Assembly: GCA_051652765.1 (NCBI GenBank) | Contig: JBOFUV010000026.1 | Location: 1-42,555, forward strand | Source: Microcoleaceae cyanobacterium | GTDB lineage: Bacteria > Cyanobacteriota > Cyanobacteriia > Cyanobacteriales > Microcoleaceae | DNA: 42,555 nucleotides | Reading direction: 5' to 3' | Part shown: positions 28,013 through 39,911 of the stretch, one piece after another | Layout of the letters: the number at the start of each line of letters is the position of its first letter | How positions within the stretch are numbered: the first letter of the stretch is position 1 | The notes under the pieces: generated by a model | The model's input: the letters and a program-made list of their open reading frames with translations, nothing else | What the model was told of the DNA's origin: nothing | The model's database searches: none | Translations under genes and position numbers: made by a program

Positions 28013-28681
28013 TCAATTGGCCAGCCAGTTTTTCATCGCAAAATGAACTAGCTCTGCTCGACTATTACTATCTGTTTTTCGCAACAAACTACTGACATAT
28101 TTCTCAATTGTTCTAGGACTTAGATTCAGATGGCTGCCGATTTGCCCATTGGAGTATCCTTCGATCAATAGATTTAGCACTTGTTGCTCCCGTTCTGTCA
28201 GTTCTACTTCAACCCTCTGCAAAGTTGCCGAAAAAGTAGCAGGCCAAGCTTCAGAACGGGGCATGACTTTGGTCTCAGATAAACGCGATCGCATTTCAGA
28301 TTCAATCAGTTGCGATCGCTCCAAGAGTGAGCGAATAACAACACTTAATTCCTCAAGTTCAAACGGTTTGGGCAAATAATTATCACACCCCAACTGATAG
28401 CCTTTTACTCGCTCCTTTGTTGCCGTGTGAGCCGTCAAAAAAATCACCGGAAGCAGCCGAAATTCTGGTCGTGCCCGCACCCGCCTCACTAGTTCGTAGC
28501 CATCCATCTCAGGCATGGCAATGTCAGTCACAATCAAATGAGGTTTGTACTCCTCGACAAAGTGCAGCGCATCTTTGCCATTGTTTGCCGCAATGACAAG
28601 ATATCCTGATATTTCCAGGTAATCGCTTACCGACAGGCGTGTCCCCAAGTCATCATCTACAACCAGAATTGTCAAAGGCAT
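28013..28681 (-). CDS. NarL/LuxR-family response regulator
   Basis: Receiver VVDDD..TDIAMP..KPF; LuxR HTH LTEREQQVL..NGQIG..LSPRTIEKY. Confidence 0.94.
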   Translation of the reverse strand: MPLTILVVDDDLGTRLSVSDYLEISGYLVIAANNGKDALHFVEEYKPHLIVTDIAMPEMDGYELVRRVRARPEFRLLPVIFLTAHTATKERVKGYQLGCDNYLPKPFELEELSVVIRSLLERSQLIESEMRSRLSETKVMPRSEAWPATFSATLQRVEVELTEREQQVLNLLIEGYSNGQIGSHLNLSPRTIEKYVSSLLRKTDSNSRAELVHFAMKNWLAN

Positions 28682-28720
28682 TGGGATAAGAAACTGACAC
28701 TATCTAGGTATATTCAAAAC

Positions 28721-28800
28721 GGGCTGCTGAAAAAAGACCATGAACAGGAGCTACGACCCTTGTCTTAGCTCTATGTCCACTTAGATCTCCTCAGCAACCC
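28721..28800. repeat. 80-bp long imperfect palindrome, MITE-like
   Basis: Ends GGGCTGCTGA / TCAGCAACCC; inner TGAACA/TGTCCA and GAGCTACGAC/GTCTTAGCTC pairings. Confidence 0.6.
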
Positions 28801-28893
28801 AATTGATTCACCTAAATTATACCTTTGATAAAAGAAACTGATGCTGATGCTGTTCCTGGATTCTCATTTTTTGGCTTTGGCCCTTTCGAGCGA

Positions 28894-30483
28894 TTAGCCC
28901 TGGTAGCTAACCTTCAAAGCACCCGGCTTGGCTAAATCTCCTTCCAGGAAAACACCTCGGTCATTGGCGGCCAAATGACGCAGAATCTTGTAAACGGCTT
29001 CAACCTCTTCTGCTGCCCCAGCGTTTTGAGCGATCGCCTCCAGAGACAAACCTGAGCCAGAGTCCCGCAATGCTTTCAGGACTCGCTGCTGCAAGTCCAG
29101 TACCGCTGCCGCTGCTTTTTTCCCGGCTTCAACTCCAGGTTGGTGGTAGGCATTAATGTTAACCACAAAAGCATACAAGCCCACAGCCCGTTCATACAGT
29201 GCAATCAGAGCCCCAACAATCTGAGGGGTAACTTCAGGCACAGTTACGGTAATTGAGTCGCGGTGATTTTCATACAAAGCCGCTCGGGTTCCCTGGAGAA
29301 AGCCAGAGAGATAGTCCCCAGTGACGACATTGGGTTCAATCTCGATGGAAGGCCCCTTTCGATCCTTGAGCACTTCAATAAAAGTCGCGAAGAAATTTGG
29401 AATCCCTTCTCGCAACTGTTGCACATAGGCGTGTTGATCCGTTGAGCCTTTATTCCCGTAGACTGCCAGCCCCTGATAGACAACGTTCCCTTGCAAATCT
29501 TTTTCTTTCCCTAGGGACTCCATCACCAACTGTTGCAGGTAGCGGCTAAACAGCAATAGGCTGTCCTTGTAGGGCAAAACTACCATGTCTTTCTTCCCTT
29601 GACCATCTCCGGCATAGTACCAACCTAGGGCAAGTAAGGCCGCAGGGTTTTGTTTGACATCAGGGTTCCGGGTGGCAATATCCATAATTTTTGCCCCCTC
29701 CAACATCCCCCGAATGTCAATGCCCTGGAGGGCTGCGGGTAATAGTCCTACGGCGGACAGCTCTGAAGTCCGGCCCCCAATCCAATCAAACATCGGAAAC
29801 TCAGTCATCCAGTGTTCTGACTCCGCATACTGCTCCATTTTGCTGCCATGCATGGTCACGGCAATGGAGTGGAGGGAAAAGTCAAGCCCTTGTTTTTCAT
29901 AGGCGTGTTTGACTTCCAACATGCCATTGCGAGTTTCAGGAGTGCCGCCAGACTTCGATGTCACCAAAACAAGGGTAGTGTTGAGGCGATCTTGGAGCTG
30001 ACTCAGCACCCGATCTATCCCGGCTGGATCAGTATTATCAATAAAATGAATTGTCATTGCAGGTGGAGTTGGAGACAGGGCCTCTGCAACAAACTGTGGG
30101 CCAAGAGCTGAGCCACCAATTCCAATGGAGAGCAAATCTGTAAATTTATCTGCATTCGGAGGCTTGATCTCACCCCTGTGTACTTTTTGGGTGAAATCTT
30201 CCACCATGGCTAGGGTGTCGTTAATTTCCTGCTTGAGGGCTTCTGTGGGAGCAATGTCAGGATTGCGTAACCAGTAGTGCCCTACCATCCGGTTTTCATC
30301 TGGGTTGGCGATCGCCCCTTTCTCTAGAGCTTCCATATCCTGGAAAGCTTTGTTAAATTTAGGCTTCATCGCCTCAAAGAAGGCATTATCGAACCGGATT
30401 CGGCTGATATCAACGTACAGTCCCAAGTCTTCGTGGTAATAAATCCAGTCTTGATAGCGTTGCCAAAGTGCCAAAGCGTTCAT
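28894..30483 (-). CDS. pgi: Glucose-6-phosphate isomerase
   Basis: [43 protein letters not shown]. Confidence 0.97.
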   Translation of the reverse strand: MNALALWQRYQDWIYYHEDLGLYVDISRIRFDNAFFEAMKPKFNKAFQDMEALEKGAIANPDENRMVGHYWLRNPDIAPTEALKQEINDTLAMVEDFTQKVHRGEIKPPNADKFTDLLSIGIGGSALGPQFVAEALSPTPPAMTIHFIDNTDPAGIDRVLSQLQDRLNTTLVLVTSKSGGTPETRNGMLEVKHAYEKQGLDFSLHSIAVTMHGSKMEQYAESEHWMTEFPMFDWIGGRTSELSAVGLLPAALQGIDIRGMLEGAKIMDIATRNPDVKQNPAALLALGWYYAGDGQGKKDMVVLPYKDSLLLFSRYLQQLVMESLGKEKDLQGNVVYQGLAVYGNKGSTDQHAYVQQLREGIPNFFATFIEVLKDRKGPSIEIEPNVVTGDYLSGFLQGTRAALYENHRDSITVTVPEVTPQIVGALIALYERAVGLYAFVVNINAYHQPGVEAGKKAAAAVLDLQQRVLKALRDSGSGLSLEAIAQNAGAAEEVEAVYKILRHLAANDRGVFLEGDLAKPGALKVSYQG

Positions 30484-30703
30484 AGTATTTTCTTCCGCGA
30501 GGTACAAATGGGAATTTAGAATCGATCAGGCCCAGAGCAGGCTGCTCTAACACTGCGATCGCCCTTAATCTACCATTGGCAATGGTTAAATTAAAACGCT
30601 ATTCACCAAATCTCAAGATTGGTTATGGGTTGGGTTGACTGCCTGTTCCACGCATTCGATATGATCTTTTCTGAACTCCTCCCAATCCCAAAACCCAACG
30701 CCC

Positions 30704-30979
30704 TCACATCTTAGGCTTTGGCAAAATCCTAATAAACTTAACGATTTGTCCAGTAGCCTCAATTCCCACCAGGTAATCCTTCAGGGTAAATCGATAATAA
30801 ATCCGACTCGGATCTAGGGCACGAAGGCCAGGAAGGTCATGCAAGTTCTTGATCTGTTTGACTTGAATCAGCACATAGTCATAGATCTCTTGATGTTGTA
30901 GAGGGTCTAAGCGAACTAGATCTTGCAGAAAAGACCGAGCATAACGCACATCAACACCGCCTGTTGTGCCCTGCATCAT
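30704..30979 (-). CDS. RelE/ParE-fold protein, divergent
   Basis: VRYARSFLQDL..L....YYRFTLKDYLVGIE..VKFIRIL matches the RelE fold pattern and size. Confidence 0.7.
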   Translation of the reverse strand: MMQGTTGGVDVRYARSFLQDLVRLDPLQHQEIYDYVLIQVKQIKNLHDLPGLRALDPSRIYYRFTLKDYLVGIEATGQIVKFIRILPKPKM

Positions 30980-31084
30980 CGTTGGAGGGCCACCTTGGAG
31001 GGCCAGTTAGAATTAGAGCGATCATTGTCCAACTTACTCAATCGAGTTGGCGCATCAGTGTCAGAAATCTGGCTTAAGCCAAGG

Positions 31085-31297
31085 TTAAAGCTCATGGCCA
31101 TAATTGCTGAATAGCACCTGAATGGTTTCCTCGTAGGTTAGAGAATCTCCGGGTCTCAGAGTCGCCTGTGCATCTTGAATGGCTTTTAACATGGACGAAT
31201 CGTAGTAAAACGTGACTAAAAGTCCCCAAGCTGTTTCGAGGTCTTCATCGGAGAGGCGGTCAACAAGTTGATGTAATTGTTTTCTTAGGGGAGTCAC
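31085..31297 (-). CDS. Small antitoxin-like hypothetical protein
   Basis: 70 aa, LRKQLHQLVDRLSDEDL..GDSLTYEE; upstream of and co-oriented with the RelE-like gene. Confidence 0.65.
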   Translation of the reverse strand: MTPLRKQLHQLVDRLSDEDLETAWGLLVTFYYDSSMLKAIQDAQATLRPGDSLTYEETIQVLFSNYGHEL

Positions 31298-31533
31298 GGG
31301 TCAAATCTTTAAGAAAAATCATCACCCACTGGGCAACACTAGTAAAACTGAGAACAACTCAGAATGCAACTCTTGCAGGCCAGAACATCTCTATTCTAGA
31401 TTCTAGAGTCTGAAAACCCCCACATACTCAACTTAACTAAGACCTTTGGGGCTTGACAAACGCTTGATAAAACGCTAGCTATTTTTAATAGTACTCTTGA
31501 ATAACTCTTCTCTTGGGTTTAGGGCTGATTGTT

Positions 31534-31591
31534 TGTCTAAGCAAATGTCTAAGCACATGTCTAAGCAAATTCTGGAGGCCAACTCTGGAGG
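31534..31591. repeat. 12-bp tandem repeat (x3) followed by a second short duplication
   Basis: TGTCTAAGCAAA TGTCTAAGCACA TGTCTAAGCAAA; then TCTGGAGG x2 at 13-bp spacing. Confidence 0.85.
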
Positions 31592-31606
31592 TCGAGCTTA
31601 GACTTG

Positions 31607-31684
31607 TGTTGGGGAAGCAGTCCGGAGTGCAATCCAACAATCTTTTGGGAATGTTGGGTTTTGCAGGCTCGACACCACCCTACA
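31607..31684. repeat. Degenerate REP-like palindromic element
   Basis: TGTTGGG..AATCCAACA..TGTTGGGTT..CACCCTACA. Confidence 0.35.
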
Positions 31685-31990
31685 CAGCCCTAATGTTTAA
31701 GTTGAACAAATCACTCAGACTTTCAAAATCGGCTTTTTGGCAGAATTGAAAAATTGAGATAGGTTTGAGGAGAGCAAATTAAGCAAATGGTATCCATTGC
31801 CTGAGATCACATCTGTTTGAACCCAGTCTCAGATCAAGCGCAATGTAGAGCAAATGAGTTCTGATTTGCTACCATGGCTTAAAACAGATGCAAAGTACGA
31901 CTAAGAAGTGGCAGCCTGATGTTGAACAGAATGGTGTAAACGGTCACCTACAGTGCAGCAAAATGGCAGAAAAACAAATTGGTAGAGACT

Positions 31991-34744
31991 ATGTCAACCC
32001 TGGTCATTGTTGAATCTCCCACGAAAGCTCGCACAATCAGTAATTTTTTACCTTCTGGCTATCGCATAGAAGCGTCGATGGGTCATGTGCGTGACCTTCC
32101 TCCTTCGGCTAGGGATATTCCTGAACAGTACAAGGGAGAAAAGTGGGCTGAACTCGGGGTAAATGTGAATGCTGATTTTGAGCCACTTTATATCATTCCG
32201 AAGGAAAAACAGAAAATCGTTCGGGAACTCAAGAGCGCTCTGAAAGATGCAGACGAGTTGGTACTCGCCACTGACGAAGACCGGGAGGGAGAGAGCATTA
32301 GCTGGCACTTGGTGCAATTGCTCCAGCCCAAAATTCCAACCCGGCGCATGGTGTTCCATGAGATTACTCAAGAAGCAATTCAAAACGCCCTCAATCACTG
32401 TCGAGAAATTGACGAGCAACTGGTTCATGCTCAAGAAACTCGGCGAATTCTAGATCGTCTCTACGGCTATACCCTATCCCCCTTACTCTGGAAAAAAATT
32501 GCTCGAGGGTTGTCTGCGGGCCGGGTACAATCCGTTGCCGTTCGATTACTGGTTCAGCGAGAACGGGAACGTCGGGCCTTCCGCAGAGGAGACTACTGGG
32601 ATTTAAAAGCGCTCTTAGAAAAAGATAACGCTCAATTTGAAGCCAAGCTAGTGGCGGTAGCTGGGGTTAAGGTTGCTTCAGGGAGTGACTTTGATGAAAC
32701 AACCGGAAAAATTACCTCAGGCCGAAATGTCCTCTTACTGGATGAAGTTCAAGCCGTTGCGTTGCGCGATCGCATCCTCGATCAGCCTTGGACAGTGACC
32801 AATCTAGAGGAACGGCCCGTCGTCCGCAAACCGGCTCCTCCCTTTACCACATCGACCCTACAGCAGGAAGCAAACCGGAAGTTGCGGTTGAGTGCTCGCC
32901 AAACCATGCAGACTGCCCAGGGATTGTATGAGCGCGGTTACATCACCTACATGCGGACTGACTCGGTAAACCTGTCTGAGCAGGCGATCGCCGCTGCCCG
33001 TTCCTGTGTGGAGCAGAAGTATGGCAAAAATTACCTCAGCCCTCAACCTCGACAATACACCACCAAAAGCAAAGGGGCTCAGGAGGCTCATGAAGCCATT
33101 CGTCCTGCAGGCGGTACCTTCCGGACTCCGCAAGAGACGGGGCTGAGTGGAAATGACTTGAAACTCTATGACATGATCTGGAAGCGCACGGTAGCTTGCC
33201 AGATGGCTGACTCCCGCCAAACCAATATCGCCGTTGAACTCCAGGTTGAAGACGCTGGGTTCCGGTCTTCTGGAAAGCGGATTGACTTCCCTGGTTTCCT
33301 GCGGGCCTATGTTGAAGGATCTGACGATCCCAATGCGGCCTTGGAAGACCAAGAAGTTCCCCTGCCGCCCTTGAAAGTTGGGGATCATCCTGAATGCGTT
33401 GACCTAGGGGCGATTAGTCACGAAACCCAACCGCCCGCTCGTTACACCGAAGCCTCTTTGGTGAAAACGCTGGAAAGTGAGGGAATTGGTCGGCCTAGTA
33501 CCTACGCAACTGTGATTGGAACGATCATTGACCGAGGCTATGCCCAACTCAAGGGAAATGCCCTGATTCCCACCTTCACGGCCTTTGCGGTGACGGGTTT
33601 ATTGGAAAAATATTTTCCTGATCTCGTCGATTTGCGGTTTACGGCCCGGATGGAGAATACCCTAGATGACATTGCGGATGGGTCTGCGCCCTGGTTGCCT
33701 TATCTGAGCCAGTTCTACTTGGGAGAAACCGGGCTGGAACAACAGGTACAGGAACAAGAGAGCAAAATTGACGGTAAAGTCGCTCGTACCATTGAACTGG
33801 AGAATCTAGGCGGAGAAGCTGACGGTCTCACCTATCGGGTTTGTCTGGGTAAATTCGGCCCTTATATAGAAGCCGAAAATGGGTCGGAAGAAGTGATTAC
33901 AGCTTCAATTCCCCTTGACCTAACCCCAGCAGATTTAACCCCAGAACTAGTTCAGGAGTTGGTGCAACAAAAAACTGAAGGCCCAGAGAAAGTTGGGTTG
34001 CATCCAGAAACTGGGGAACCCATCTACATGCTGATTGGCCCCTATGGCCCCTATGTTCAACTGGGAGAAGAATCAGAGGAAAATAAGAAACCCAAGCGCA
34101 TGTCTCTGCCGAAGGGCATAAGTAAGGAGACTGTAACGTTAGAGATGGCTGCAGGGTTGCTTTCACTACCGCGCTTACTGGGAATGCATCCTGAGACGGG
34201 TTGCAAAGTTCAAGCCTCCCTGGGACGGTTTGGCCCCTATGTCGTTCACGACCAAGGCAAAGTTGGGAAAGATTACCGTTCGATCAAGGCTCCTGATGAG
34301 GTGCTGACGATCACTCTAGAACGCGGTTTAGAACTGCTAGCCCAACCGAAACGGGGCAGAGGGAAAGGCGCGGTAGCTCCACTACGGGAGTTGGGCAACC
34401 ACCCCACAGAAGGTGATCCAGTGAACCTGTATGAAGGCCCCTACGGGCTGTATGTCAAGCATGGTAAGGTGAATGCTTCTGTGCCCAAAGAGCAAGCGGT
34501 TGAAGAGTTGACCCTGGAAATGGCCCTAGAGTTACTCAGGACTAAAGCCAGTACAAAAACAACTACAAAAACAGGTTCCCGGTCTCGCAAGGGAAGCAGC
34601 ACAACGACAAAGACAACCGCAAAGACGGCCACAAAAACCACTGCAAAAACAGCAACTCGGAAAACTACTGCAAAAAAAACTACTGCAAAAAAAGCAACAA
34701 CTCCCAGAACAACTACTCGTCAGACAAAAGCGGGTCAATCCTAA
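31991..34744 (+). CDS. topA: DNA topoisomerase I (type IA) with C-terminal repeats and a Lys/Thr-rich tail
   Basis: [47 protein letters not shown]; repeated GPYGPY/GRFGPY; TTAKK tail. Confidence 0.98.
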   Translation: MSTLVIVESPTKARTISNFLPSGYRIEASMGHVRDLPPSARDIPEQYKGEKWAELGVNVNADFEPLYIIPKEKQKIVRELKSALKDADELVLATDEDREGESISWHLVQLLQPKIPTRRMVFHEITQEAIQNALNHCREIDEQLVHAQETRRILDRLYGYTLSPLLWKKIARGLSAGRVQSVAVRLLVQRERERRAFRRGDYWDLKALLEKDNAQFEAKLVAVAGVKVASGSDFDETTGKITSGRNVLLLDEVQAVALRDRILDQPWTVTNLEERPVVRKPAPPFTTSTLQQEANRKLRLSARQTMQTAQGLYERGYITYMRTDSVNLSEQAIAAARSCVEQKYGKNYLSPQPRQYTTKSKGAQEAHEAIRPAGGTFRTPQETGLSGNDLKLYDMIWKRTVACQMADSRQTNIAVELQVEDAGFRSSGKRIDFPGFLRAYVEGSDDPNAALEDQEVPLPPLKVGDHPECVDLGAISHETQPPARYTEASLVKTLESEGIGRPSTYATVIGTIIDRGYAQLKGNALIPTFTAFAVTGLLEKYFPDLVDLRFTARMENTLDDIADGSAPWLPYLSQFYLGETGLEQQVQEQESKIDGKVARTIELENLGGEADGLTYRVCLGKFGPYIEAENGSEEVITASIPLDLTPADLTPELVQELVQQKTEGPEKVGLHPETGEPIYMLIGPYGPYVQLGEESEENKKPKRMSLPKGISKETVTLEMAAGLLSLPRLLGMHPETGCKVQASLGRFGPYVVHDQGKVGKDYRSIKAPDEVLTITLERGLELLAQPKRGRGKGAVAPLRELGNHPTEGDPVNLYEGPYGLYVKHGKVNASVPKEQAVEELTLEMALELLRTKASTKTTTKTGSRSRKGSSTTTKTTAKTATKTTAKTATRKTTAKKTTAKKATTPRTTTRQTKAGQS

Positions 34745-35018
34745 TTGGCGATCGCAGTCACTCAGTTGAATTGTTAGGCTCTATTGTTGGGCTCTGTTGC
34801 AATAATGACGGTGCCGAATGCCTGCGGTACGAAAGCTTGCAGGTTCCAAAAATTTGTAATTCTCGAACAGTTAGGGCTGATTTGTCTGTTGGCAAAAGAT
34901 CTTGAATGACATTGAATCATGAAAGGATCTCGATCCGTTAGCGTCTAAATTTACAGAGATTTTTAGTTTTGAGGTAGGATTACAAGGGTGAGCTATAGGC
35001 CGAAAGTTACGGTTTACC

Positions 35019-36134
35019 ATGAAGTTCGACTATATTCACTTTTATGTTGAAGATGCTCAAGCATCACGGGATTGGTTTGTCCAACAGTTGGATTTCCAGG
35101 CTATTGGCAGCACGAAAAATCAGCACTCTTACACTGAAGTGCTCAGTCAGGGCAGGGTTTATTTTCTTCTTTCTTCACCCATCACTGAGAAAAGTCCTGT
35201 CTTAAAGTTTTTGCAAGCCCATCCGCCCGGAATTGTGGATGTTGCATTTCAAGTTGAGAATTTAGAATTGGTTTTGGCTCAAGCCATTGCCCGAGGTGTC
35301 AAGCTTCAGAGTCCAGTTCACCATCAAACCACTGAGAATGGTCAGATCAAGTGGTCAACGTTAGTGAGTTGGGGGGGATTGCAACACACGTTAATCGAGG
35401 TCAAAGGCAATAGTTCGGAGCGATTATTTCCTTATTTTTCATCCTGTTTGACTTTACCCCAACTCTTACCTCAAACTCCAACCCATCCCTCAGAAACTCA
35501 GCCCTTAACCATTGATCATGTGGTTTTGAACGTTAAAGCAGGAGATTTGGCCCCAGCGGTACAGTGGTATCAAACTGTTTTAGGCTTTCAATGTCAACAG
35601 AGTTTTACCATTCAAACCAACTATTCTGGGTTGTACAGTCAGGTTTTAACCCATCCTAACGGCGATGTCAAATTTCCGATTAATGAACCCATTTCAGAAC
35701 AGTCTCAAATTCAGGAATTTTTAGAGTGTAATCGAGGATCTGGGATTCAACATCTTGCCCTTCAAACTGCTGATATTATTAAAACAGTTAAGCATCTGAG
35801 AGCAAAAAAACTTCCCTTTCTTTCTATTCCTAAAACCTACTACGAGGGATTACAGAATCAAGGAATTGACCAACGGCTAGGAACAGATTGGTCAGCCATT
35901 CAAGAGTATCAAATCCTGGTAGATTGGCAGCAGCCAATTCCTGAGGCGGTGTTACTCCAAATTTTTACCCAACCCATTTTTAACGCACCAACATTTTTCT
36001 TTGAGTTCATTGAACGGCGTTCAGGCTGGAGTCAAGGAAAGAAAATCCAAGCTGAGGGGTTTGGTGCAGGGAATTTTCAAGCCTTATATGAAGCCGTCGA
36101 GCAAGAACAGTTAAAACGCGGTCTAGAGTCTTAG
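35019..36134 (+). CDS. hppD: 4-hydroxyphenylpyruvate dioxygenase
   Basis: IDHVVLNV, INEP..SQIQEFL, GIQHLAL, FFFEFIER, GFGAGNFQALYEAVE. Confidence 0.95.
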   Translation: MKFDYIHFYVEDAQASRDWFVQQLDFQAIGSTKNQHSYTEVLSQGRVYFLLSSPITEKSPVLKFLQAHPPGIVDVAFQVENLELVLAQAIARGVKLQSPVHHQTTENGQIKWSTLVSWGGLQHTLIEVKGNSSERLFPYFSSCLTLPQLLPQTPTHPSETQPLTIDHVVLNVKAGDLAPAVQWYQTVLGFQCQQSFTIQTNYSGLYSQVLTHPNGDVKFPINEPISEQSQIQEFLECNRGSGIQHLALQTADIIKTVKHLRAKKLPFLSIPKTYYEGLQNQGIDQRLGTDWSAIQEYQILVDWQQPIPEAVLLQIFTQPIFNAPTFFFEFIERRSGWSQGKKIQAEGFGAGNFQALYEAVEQEQLKRGLES

Positions 36135-36389
36135 TTGTTCCTGCCGGATATTCAACTCCCTTGAAGCTGAATAAATTACAAAAGGTATTCTGAGAGAATT
36201 TTCAGTTAGACTTCACTATAGACTCAGAGGATTAGCCTTAAATTATAAGGAGAAAGTCCAAGTCAATCCTTGTCTAGTTTGGGCACTTCTTGGCTATGCC
36301 GTGGAAAGGGTAATGTGAGCTTCTCACTCCTCTTTCAAAGCAACAACGTAACCTTGAGGACAAGATATTCGCGCTACAAAAAATTTCAA

Positions 36390-37847
36390 ATGAAACCCAT
36401 TGGTCACACCTCCAGTAAAGTCCCAAACTTTTTAAAGGGGAAGCGATTAAACCCCGCTTCCTTGGAGTTTCAGCTTACGGTTGGGACTGTGTTGTTTTCA
36501 ACTTTAAGCTTAGTTGGTGTTAGCTTTTGGACAAGCTGGAGAATGAAACAGTTATTGGTAGAAAGTCATAAACAAAATATTGAAACTCTTTCTAAAAAAA
36601 TCTCTAGTGAAGTTTCAGTCTATCGTGAGATGATGTCTGATATGGAGGCAATTGAAAAATCAATCAATAAGCCAGAAACCAGGGATAGTCTGATTTGGAT
36701 TCGACAAGATGATGGCAAGATTTTTGCTCAGTCGGACAGTTTTCGAAATAAAATTGACCTAGACTTAAAAACAGAGCTATTGAACTATACTAAGATGCCC
36801 TTGAAACCCCAAGTTGCTTTAATCAAAGGCTACTACTGGGTTCTATGTGGCGAACCCTTTCTGTTAGCTGGAGAACCTATTGGGAAGTTATATTTGGTCG
36901 CTGATATTACTACAGAATATAAAGTCTTTTTATCTATTTTTTATAGTTTGCTGCCCGCTACGATTTTAGCGTTAGCGGCTCTCATGATTGCGATCGCTTG
37001 GTATGTGCGGCGATCACTCCGACCCCTTCAAGAAATTGGTCAATTGGCGGAGAATATTTCTGCCGATCAACTATCTGACTATCGCCTTCAGCTTGAGAAA
37101 GCACCAAGCGAGGTAGAAATGTTAGTCATTACTTGCAATAAAATGTTAGATCGGCTAGCAGAATCGTTTGAGCATCAACGCCAATTTGTCAGCAATGTTT
37201 CCCATGAATTACGGACTCCTTTAACGATTGTCCGAGGGTATTTACAAAGTATTCTAAAACGAGGAGACAATCTGACTGCACTGCAACAAGAAGGTCTGGA
37301 AATTGCCGTCAACGAAGCCAACCGAACAATTCAATTGTTGCAAGATTTGTTGGAGTTGGCTCGAGCTGATCATGGCAGTCTACACTTACAAAGTGAACCG
37401 ATCTGGGTCAATAGTCTAGTGACAGAAGTAGTAGAAATGGCTAAACCTGTTGCCCAAGAACGGGTCAACTTTGAATCTACAACCGAAGAATTATGGGTTA
37501 AAGCAGATAGCAATCGTCTCAAACAAGTGTTGCTGAATTTAATCGATAATGCCTTAAAGTACTCTGAGCCTGAACAACCTGTGACGTTGAAAATTCGATC
37601 GAAAGGGAAGAATGTCTGGATCAGTGTGTGCGATCGCGGCCAAGGAATTTCCCTCCAACACCAAACCCGGATTTTTGAGCGATTTTACCGAGTCGATGAA
37701 GCGAGGAGTCGATCGGGAGGGACGGGGCTAGGATTGTCTATTGTGAAGACTTTAGTAGAGAGCATGGGAGGTAAAGTTACAATTCGGTCTCAAGAGGGTC
37801 AAGGCAGTACTTTTACCGTGATTTTGCCTGTCATTGTTAACCCCTAG
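36390..37847 (+). CDS. Membrane sensor histidine kinase (HAMP-HisKA-HATPase)
   Basis: Two TM segments; SHELRTPLT, NLIDNALKY, DRGQGI, GTGLGL; ATG at 36390 preferred over TTG at 36270. Confidence 0.93.
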   Translation: MKPIGHTSSKVPNFLKGKRLNPASLEFQLTVGTVLFSTLSLVGVSFWTSWRMKQLLVESHKQNIETLSKKISSEVSVYREMMSDMEAIEKSINKPETRDSLIWIRQDDGKIFAQSDSFRNKIDLDLKTELLNYTKMPLKPQVALIKGYYWVLCGEPFLLAGEPIGKLYLVADITTEYKVFLSIFYSLLPATILALAALMIAIAWYVRRSLRPLQEIGQLAENISADQLSDYRLQLEKAPSEVEMLVITCNKMLDRLAESFEHQRQFVSNVSHELRTPLTIVRGYLQSILKRGDNLTALQQEGLEIAVNEANRTIQLLQDLLELARADHGSLHLQSEPIWVNSLVTEVVEMAKPVAQERVNFESTTEELWVKADSNRLKQVLLNLIDNALKYSEPEQPVTLKIRSKGKNVWISVCDRGQGISLQHQTRIFERFYRVDEARSRSGGTGLGLSIVKTLVESMGGKVTIRSQEGQGSTFTVILPVIVNP

Positions 37848-37870
37848 CTCACAACCTTTATTTACATCAA

Positions 37871-37897
37871 TAGAGACGTTGCTTGCAACGTCTCTAC
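37871..37897. repeat. REP-like palindrome between convergent genes
   Basis: TAGAGACGTTGC-TT-GCAACGTCTCTA 12-bp perfect stem; matches the common cyanobacterial GTAGAGACG..CGTCTCTAC type. Confidence 0.8.
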
Positions 37898-37920
37898 ACA
37901 TTCAGGATTGTAATAATCCA

Positions 37921-39138
<1,218 letters not shown>

Positions 39139-39183
39139 TCAGGAATTGGTACCTTGTGCACCTTTTTTGTTAAAATCATTGGA

Positions 39184-39774
39184 TCAAATCTTAAGCTCAT
39201 GGGAAAAGTTCGCCCATCGAACAAACTCAAATGGCCCCGCAACCGAACCCCAGATCAATTCTTCCGTTTCAGGGTTGCGTCCCCGATCCAGGCTGATCAA
39301 GCCCTGTTCACTCACCTCAAATTCGCTGTCTAGATAGGTCGTTTGTCCCTTGCGTTCAACGATGCAGCCTTTTCCCAGTTCCACTTGGGCTTTGAAACTA
39401 TGACCTGTCCAGTGGGCAATGAACGTACAACCGGGTAATTTTTTAATCCGTTCCGGCGTTAGGGCGTGCAACCGTTCAGGTTGGCGAGAGGAACCATAGA
39501 ATTCTTCCTGATTGTCAATGGCGTAGTTTTCAACTTCAATGTGATCTTCAACCAGAACGAACTTGAGAATCCGCACTCGATAGGGTTGATTCAGCATAAT
39601 GTCATAAGCCTGTTCGAGATACAGACTTGTGCCACCTAAAAGTTCAACTGGGAGAGGCCGCATACACACCCGAATATGAGCAAAGAATGGCGGATTTTCA
39701 AAAGCTTGGGCTTGGTTGCTAAAATCTGCGGCCATCCAGCGGGCAAAGGTAAGAATGTCAGTAGAATGTGTCAT
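39184..39774 (-). CDS. cpcT: CpcT/CpeT-family phycobiliprotein chromophore lyase
   Basis: ADFSNQAQAFENPPFFAHI, EQAY..PYR, SLDRG..WGS..GPFEF. Confidence 0.9.
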   Translation of the reverse strand: MTHSTDILTFARWMAADFSNQAQAFENPPFFAHIRVCMRPLPVELLGGTSLYLEQAYDIMLNQPYRVRILKFVLVEDHIEVENYAIDNQEEFYGSSRQPERLHALTPERIKKLPGCTFIAHWTGHSFKAQVELGKGCIVERKGQTTYLDSEFEVSEQGLISLDRGRNPETEELIWGSVAGPFEFVRWANFSHELKI

Positions 39775-39870
39775 TTTGAGTGATTGATTTAAGTGATTGA
39801 TCGTTAAATGAAAGAATTACTGATGAAAAAATTAGAACATTATCGCAATATAATCAAGACATTTTATGGA

Positions 39871-39911
39871 TTTCTAACTGATTCATTCCTAACTGATTCA
39901 TTTCTAATTCA
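39871..39911. repeat. 15-bp tandem repeat overlapping the DUF429 stop codon
   Basis: TTTCTAACTGATTCA TTCCTAACTGATTCA TTTCTAATTCA. Confidence 0.85.

Noticed and set aside
31513..31749. 78-aa ORF upstream of topA
   Set aside because: Composed of tandem and REP-like repeats (CLSK x3), with a TTG start and no RBS.
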